NCBI RefSeq assembly: GCF_013177435.1
Contig: NZ_CP053627.1
Location: 420,001-452,000 of the forward strand
Reading direction: 5' to 3'
Source of the DNA: Xylella taiwanensis
GTDB lineage: Bacteria; Pseudomonadota; Gammaproteobacteria; Xanthomonadales; Xanthomonadaceae
Length of the DNA: 32,000 nt
The position numbers and the translations under genes are program-made. Shown piece after piece: positions 28,550 to 32,000 of the stretch (positions are counted from its first letter, which is position 1; each line of letters starts with the position of its first letter). The notes beneath the pieces were generated by a model. That model did no database searches and had not been told where the DNA came from. It saw only the letters and a list, made by a program, of their open reading frames with translations.

Positions 28550-29941
28550 ATGAATCCATTTTTTTTGTTTTCCATAAGATTTTTTTTCCTGTGTGGAATT
28601 GCTATTTGCATGCAATGGCCATTACAGGGCTTTGCAAAGGATATGTTTATTGCTCCTGATGGATCTGATAAAAACATCGGAACACTGGACTCTCCAATGG
28701 CGACGCTCATGGCGGCTCAGGAAAAAGTTTCGAGCGGTGATGTTATCTATTTAAGGGGCGGTATTTATCACTTAAAGATAGAAAATGTCTCTACGGCTGA
28801 TGCGAACTACGTGGTTGTGAACGACATAACGAAAGACCATATTTCTTATGTGGCTTATGAGAGAGAGGTGCCGGTGTTCGATTTTTCGTCGGTCAAGCCA
28901 GTAGACAAACGTGTTGCAGCCTTTCGGATCAGTTGTGATGGCTGTGTTTTCCGGGGATTCGAGATCGTCGGTGTTCAGATCACCATTGCTGGCAGACATA
29001 CGCAGTCGGAAGCGATACGGGTTCAGGGTGGCAACAACAATCTATTCGAGCGATTGTCAATTCATGATGGGATGGGGATCGGATGGTATCTCGTGTCGGG
29101 AAGCAATAATGTGGTTCGCAATGTCGACGTTTATAACAACAAGGGATTGGATGCATTCTCTAACGGTAATATCGACGGATTCGGTGTTCATCCTTCCTCC
29201 GATTCTGGAACAGGGAATATGATTTATGGAAGCCGTGCTTGGTTTAATAGTGATGATGGGTTTGATCTTATTAATGCTCATGCTCCGGTGAGCATTGTTA
29301 ATTGCTGGGCTTTTTACAATGGCTACGATATTGACTTTAACGCGTTAGGCGACGGAAACGGCTTCAAGGCAGGTGGTTACGGAGCGAATGGAAAGCCCTA
29401 TCCGCGCTCGGTGCCTCGGCATACAGTGAAATTCTCGCTTGCGGTCGGCAACCGCTCTTCTGGATTTTATGCCAATCATCATGTTGGCGGTCAGAATTGG
29501 ATCAATAACACCGCAATAGGAAATAAGAGAGCGAATTACAATATGTTGTCAGTGTTGTCTGATAACAGGACGAATGTTCCAGGTTATGGCCATTACATGA
29601 GAAATAATCTTGGATATGGTGGGAAAGTCGAGATTGCTAACCTTGGCAGTGCCTCAGACAACGATATTTCATCGAATTATTTTACGCTTCCTATAAAAGT
29701 CCGTTCAGGAGATTTTGTAAGTTTGGATCCTCATGAATTGACCGCTCCTCGTCAACCCAACGGGGAATTGCCGACGATTCACTTTGCAAGACTTGCATCT
29801 GGAAGTGCAGCGATTGATGCAGGAGTGAATATCGGTGAGCCTTTCGAGGGCAAGGCGCCAGATCTGGGTGCATTTGAGGCAACACATCACCCAGTTCCTG
29901 AGGGCCGTTTTCACCATCACCATCCAGCATTTTCCAGATGA
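28550..29941 (+). CDS. Secreted right-handed parallel beta-helix protein, pectate-lyase-like (PL9-like by motif)
   Basis: ORF track 463 aa, with a hydrophobic signal-like N-terminus. The mature start FIAPDGSDKNIGTLDSPMATL..A...VSSGDVIYLRGGIY is typical of beta-helix lyases. It also has repeated N/G/I-rich coils (NNVVRNVDVYNN, DGFGVH, DDGFDL) and GDGNGFKAGG. The tail is His-rich: HHPVPEGRFHHHHPAFSR. Confidence 0.78.
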   Translation: MNPFFLFSIRFFFLCGIAICMQWPLQGFAKDMFIAPDGSDKNIGTLDSPMATLMAAQEKVSSGDVIYLRGGIYHLKIENVSTADANYVVVNDITKDHISYVAYEREVPVFDFSSVKPVDKRVAAFRISCDGCVFRGFEIVGVQITIAGRHTQSEAIRVQGGNNNLFERLSIHDGMGIGWYLVSGSNNVVRNVDVYNNKGLDAFSNGNIDGFGVHPSSDSGTGNMIYGSRAWFNSDDGFDLINAHAPVSIVNCWAFYNGYDIDFNALGDGNGFKAGGYGANGKPYPRSVPRHTVKFSLAVGNRSSGFYANHHVGGQNWINNTAIGNKRANYNMLSVLSDNRTNVPGYGHYMRNNLGYGGKVEIANLGSASDNDISSNYFTLPIKVRSGDFVSLDPHELTAPRQPNGELPTIHFARLASGSAAIDAGVNIGEPFEGKAPDLGAFEATHHPVPEGRFHHHHPAFSR

Positions 29942-30013
29942 TGGTATGCCGTGTCTGCTGTGATTGTGTAGCTATTAGGGTCACCAGGCCTGAGGATGCA
30001 ATCAGGGACAGTG

Positions 30014-30697
30014 TTAGAGAAGACCGTAAGGTGTAAAGAACGAAGTTTGGTTCTTTACTGTTGTCGGTTGTTTACAAAGTTGGGGTTTTGAGGCGCAGAG
30101 GAACGGTAGATGCACTTCAGCCTGCATCTGGTGGGTCCGGGCAAGCAGCCGTGATACGGTCGCTGGGTGCACATTGAACAATCGGGCAGCATCCGCTGCC
30201 GTTTTCTGTCCAGTGCGGACCAAGTGCACGATTTCCAGTGCTTGAGGAGCTTTGAGCTTGGGGCGACGTCCACCAATACGCCCGTCTTTCCTTGCGGCAT
30301 CCAGTCCGTGTTTTGTGCGCTCATGCAGTATGGCGCGCTCACATTCAGCAAACGCCCCTACCATTTGCATCATCATGCGCCCCGCCGGCGGGGTGGTATC
30401 GATCGTTTCGGTCAAACTCTGAAATCCCGTGCTGGCGTGCTGGATTTTGTCCATGAGTGTCAGCACATCTTTCAAGGAGCGCGACAGACGATCTAGTTTC
30501 CAGACCACCACTACATCACCTTTGTGTAGTTGACCCAACAGCTGGTGTAGTTCGGGCCGTTCCCATCGACCGCTGGAAGCTTTCTCCTGGAAGATGAGTT
30601 CGCATCCCGCTGAGGTGAGTGCACCGATCTGAGCGGCGGTGTCTTGATCCTTGGTGGAAACACGGGCGTAGCCGATACGTATGGCGGTCAGAGGTAT
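30014..30697 (-). CDS. Serine recombinase (resolvase/invertase family) lacking a canonical start codon
   Basis: The ORF track lists only 30014..30538. The same frame continues upstream as (L)TAIRIGYARVSTKDQDTAAQIGALTSAGCELIFQEKASSGRWERPELHQLL, which is the catalytic N-terminus. The position expected for Met is CTG (30691-30689); the codon numbering to 30697 is approximate. Downstream motifs are DRLSRS, GAFAECERAILHERT, GGRRPKL and an HTH (FNVHPATVSRLL), followed by a ~35-aa non-homologous tail. Confidence 0.8.
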   Translation of the reverse strand: MPLTAIRIGYARVSTKDQDTAAQIGALTSAGCELIFQEKASSGRWERPELHQLLGQLHKGDVVVVWKLDRLSRSLKDVLTLMDKIQHASTGFQSLTETIDTTPPAGRMMMQMVGAFAECERAILHERTKHGLDAARKDGRIGGRRPKLKAPQALEIVHLVRTGQKTAADAARLFNVHPATVSRLLARTHQMQAEVHLPFLCASKPQLCKQPTTVKNQTSFFTPYGLL

Positions 30698-30966
30698 TCT
30701 TGCCGGGCATGTACGACGTTGACGACTTCAATGGAGTCGACCACGACACGATAGATCACGATCTAGTTCGGGTGGGCCACGATCTCTCGTGTCCCTGGTA
30801 CACGGCCAGGTCGGAACATGTAGGGATGTGCGGAGGCTAGTAACACGGACGCTTCAATGAGTACTTTCATGCGCCGCGCGGTAAGCGGATTTTCGTAAGC
30901 GATGAAACGTATCAACGAGGCCAAGTCATCGCGTGCGGATGTACGCCAGTGAAGCGGCAACGTCAT
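30688..30966 (-). pseudogene. parE: ParE/RelE-family toxin with an in-frame TAG at codon 68
   Basis: ORF track 30763..30966 (67 aa) ends ...RPGRVPGTREIVAHPN. After the TAG (30762-30760) the same frame continues IVIYRVVVDSIEVVNVVHARQEYL, then TGA (30690-30688). This is the normal ParE C-terminus, with Tyr expected at the stop position. The ATGA overlap with the antitoxin stop lies at 30963-30966. Confidence 0.8.
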
Positions 30967-31157
30967 GTTTGCTTACGATGCTGCTCGGCTTCAGCGATGA
31001 TCGCATCCATCTCAGCCATCACTTGATCGTGTGGAACGCTTGGGCGCGAATCGTCCAGGCTTGCCTGGACCTTGGCGCGGAACCAACGGTCGTAGCTGGC
31101 CGCCTGTTCTTCGGTGGCGAACTCGGAAATGATCGGGTCGAGCGGCGTGGTTTTCAT
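30963..31157 (-). CDS. Putative antitoxin of the ParE-type module (small acidic protein, ParD-like or 'stability determinant'-like)
   Basis: ORF track 30963..31166. I prefer the ATG at 31157, with GAGGTG 6-8 nt upstream. It is 64 aa, translationally coupled to the toxin, and the frame is intact. Confidence 0.65.
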   Translation of the reverse strand: MKTTPLDPIISEFATEEQAASYDRWFRAKVQASLDDSRPSVPHDQVMAEMDAIIAEAEQHRKQT

Positions 31158-31166
31158 GACAATCAC

Positions 31167-31325
31167 CTCGAAAATGTAACCGGCTAATTTATTGCAAAAA
31201 CCTGTTGCCTATGGGGCATGCTATCCAATTGCGTTATGCAACGCGCAAGCCCTTTGCCGCCATCCGTCAGCCACCCTTGCATAAACGATCGTTTGTGCAA
31301 GGGCCATAGACCTAGCGTCCACACC
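31167..31325. promoter_or_regulatory. Candidate res site / divergent promoter region of the second Tn3-family module
   Basis: A 30-bp near-perfect palindrome, cccttgcataaacg-at-cgtttgtgcaaggg (31274-31303, 13/14 arm matches). A related inverted half-site, cgttatgcaa, lies at 31232-31241. The region sits between the divergent operon and tnpA. Confidence 0.4.
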
Positions 31326-32000
31326 ATGCCCGTCTAATGCCTCACCGCTGAGCAACGGGTCGATGACGGCCGGTACGTAACCGGACCCACGGCGATAGAT
31401 CTGGCCCGATATTTTCATCTGGACGATAACGACCGACAGTTTATCGCTGCCAAGCGTGGTGATCACAATCGACTGGGATTTGCTGTGCAGCTGACCAAGG
31501 TACGTTTCCTTGGCCGCTTCCTCGACGACACCACTCAGATTCCGGCCAGTGTGCTGATCGTACTGGCCAGGCAGCTCGCACTCGACGATCCGGCCCAGTG
31601 TATAGCGAACTATCATGATCAACGCCAACGACTACGGCACATCAAAGAAATGCGTACTCGCTACGGCTACGTCGAGATGACCGAGCGCCAAGTCGGATAC
31701 CGTCTGACCCGTTGGCTTTATATGCTGTGCTGGACCGGCACTGACCGACCCAGCGTGCTGTTCGAGCGCGCAACTAGCTGGTTGACTCACGCATAAAGTG
31801 CTGCTCCCAGGTAGCAGTACCCTCGAGCGGTCTATTGCTCGCTTGCGTAACCGGATGGAAAAACGGCTCTGGCGATTACCTCGGTCGAGGTATCAGCCAT
31901 GATCAGCAGCTCAGGCTGGAAAGCATGTGGGTGGTTCCTCCCTGTAGTCCCAGTTCGGAACTGGATCGCCTGCGTACCGGAGCAGTGATGATCAGCAGTC
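31326..32000 (+). pseudogene. tnpA: Tn3-family transposase (different subgroup from the first), N-terminal part, with a stop at codon 4 plus later stop and frameshifts; continues past the window
   Basis: My translation from ATG 31326 reads [67 protein letters not shown]... (TAA at 31335-31337). The same frame matches ORF 31485..31796 and ends at TAA 31797. Homology resumes in other frames: KVLLPGSSTLERSIARLRNRMEKRLW, then SELDRLRTGAVMISS. Confidence 0.85.

Larger units (their letters stand above)
30014..32000. mobile_element. Second Tn3-family module remnant: antitoxin-toxin-recombinase operon (minus strand), res-like spacer, divergent tnpA (plus strand, continues past the window)
   Basis: It has a Tn3-like divergent tnpR/tnpA architecture with a toxin-antitoxin pair next to the res region. 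Every transposition gene carries a lesion (see the individual entries). Confidence 0.75.

Noticed and set aside
31221-31628. 135-aa minus-strand ORF
   Set aside because: It is antisense to the clearly recognisable N-terminus of the second Tn3-family tnpA ([13 protein letters not shown] on the plus strand).
1-32000. Search for tRNA, rRNA, tmRNA and CRISPR arrays, or short-period direct repeats with spacers
   Set aside because: I saw no T-loop/acceptor-type tRNA signatures, rRNA-like segments or regularly spaced short repeats on either strand. This was a visual scan only, so tRNAscan, Rfam and CRISPR finders should confirm it.

Overview
This window reads as a Xanthomonadaceae-type chromosome segment. 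The protein sequences and the acetylated arginine pathway point to Xylella or Xanthomonas; this is inference, since no search was run. Positions 1-20962 are core genome: a partial dihydroorotase, yidD, a long-form dksA, an alpha/beta hydrolase and a heavily decayed IS5-family transposase. These are followed by an unassigned ~0.8 kb stretch, an MFS transporter with sufE, cysS and a secreted hypothetical protein. Next comes a co-directional arginine/proline block, argF'-argG-argE'-argA/B-argC-argH-proB-proA, with unusually long non-coding spacers. The argH-proB spacer is a degenerate tandem triplication (164 then 150 nt period) of the argH 3' end. Positions ~21430-32000 are an accessory mosaic with sharp GC/AT switches (judged by eye). 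It contains an AT-rich orphan ORF and a Tn21-subgroup res/tnpR/tnpA module whose tnpA carries at least six frameshifts. It also holds AT-rich cargo encoding a secreted S1 (V8-like) serine protease and a secreted right-handed beta-helix (pectate-lyase-like) protein. A second Tn3-family module follows: an antitoxin-parE-serine recombinase operon, a palindromic res-like spacer and a divergent tnpA. In that module the toxin, the recombinase start codon and tnpA are all damaged, while the antitoxin is intact. I recognised no rRNA, tRNA or CRISPR array. All homology statements come from reading the translations, not from database searches.
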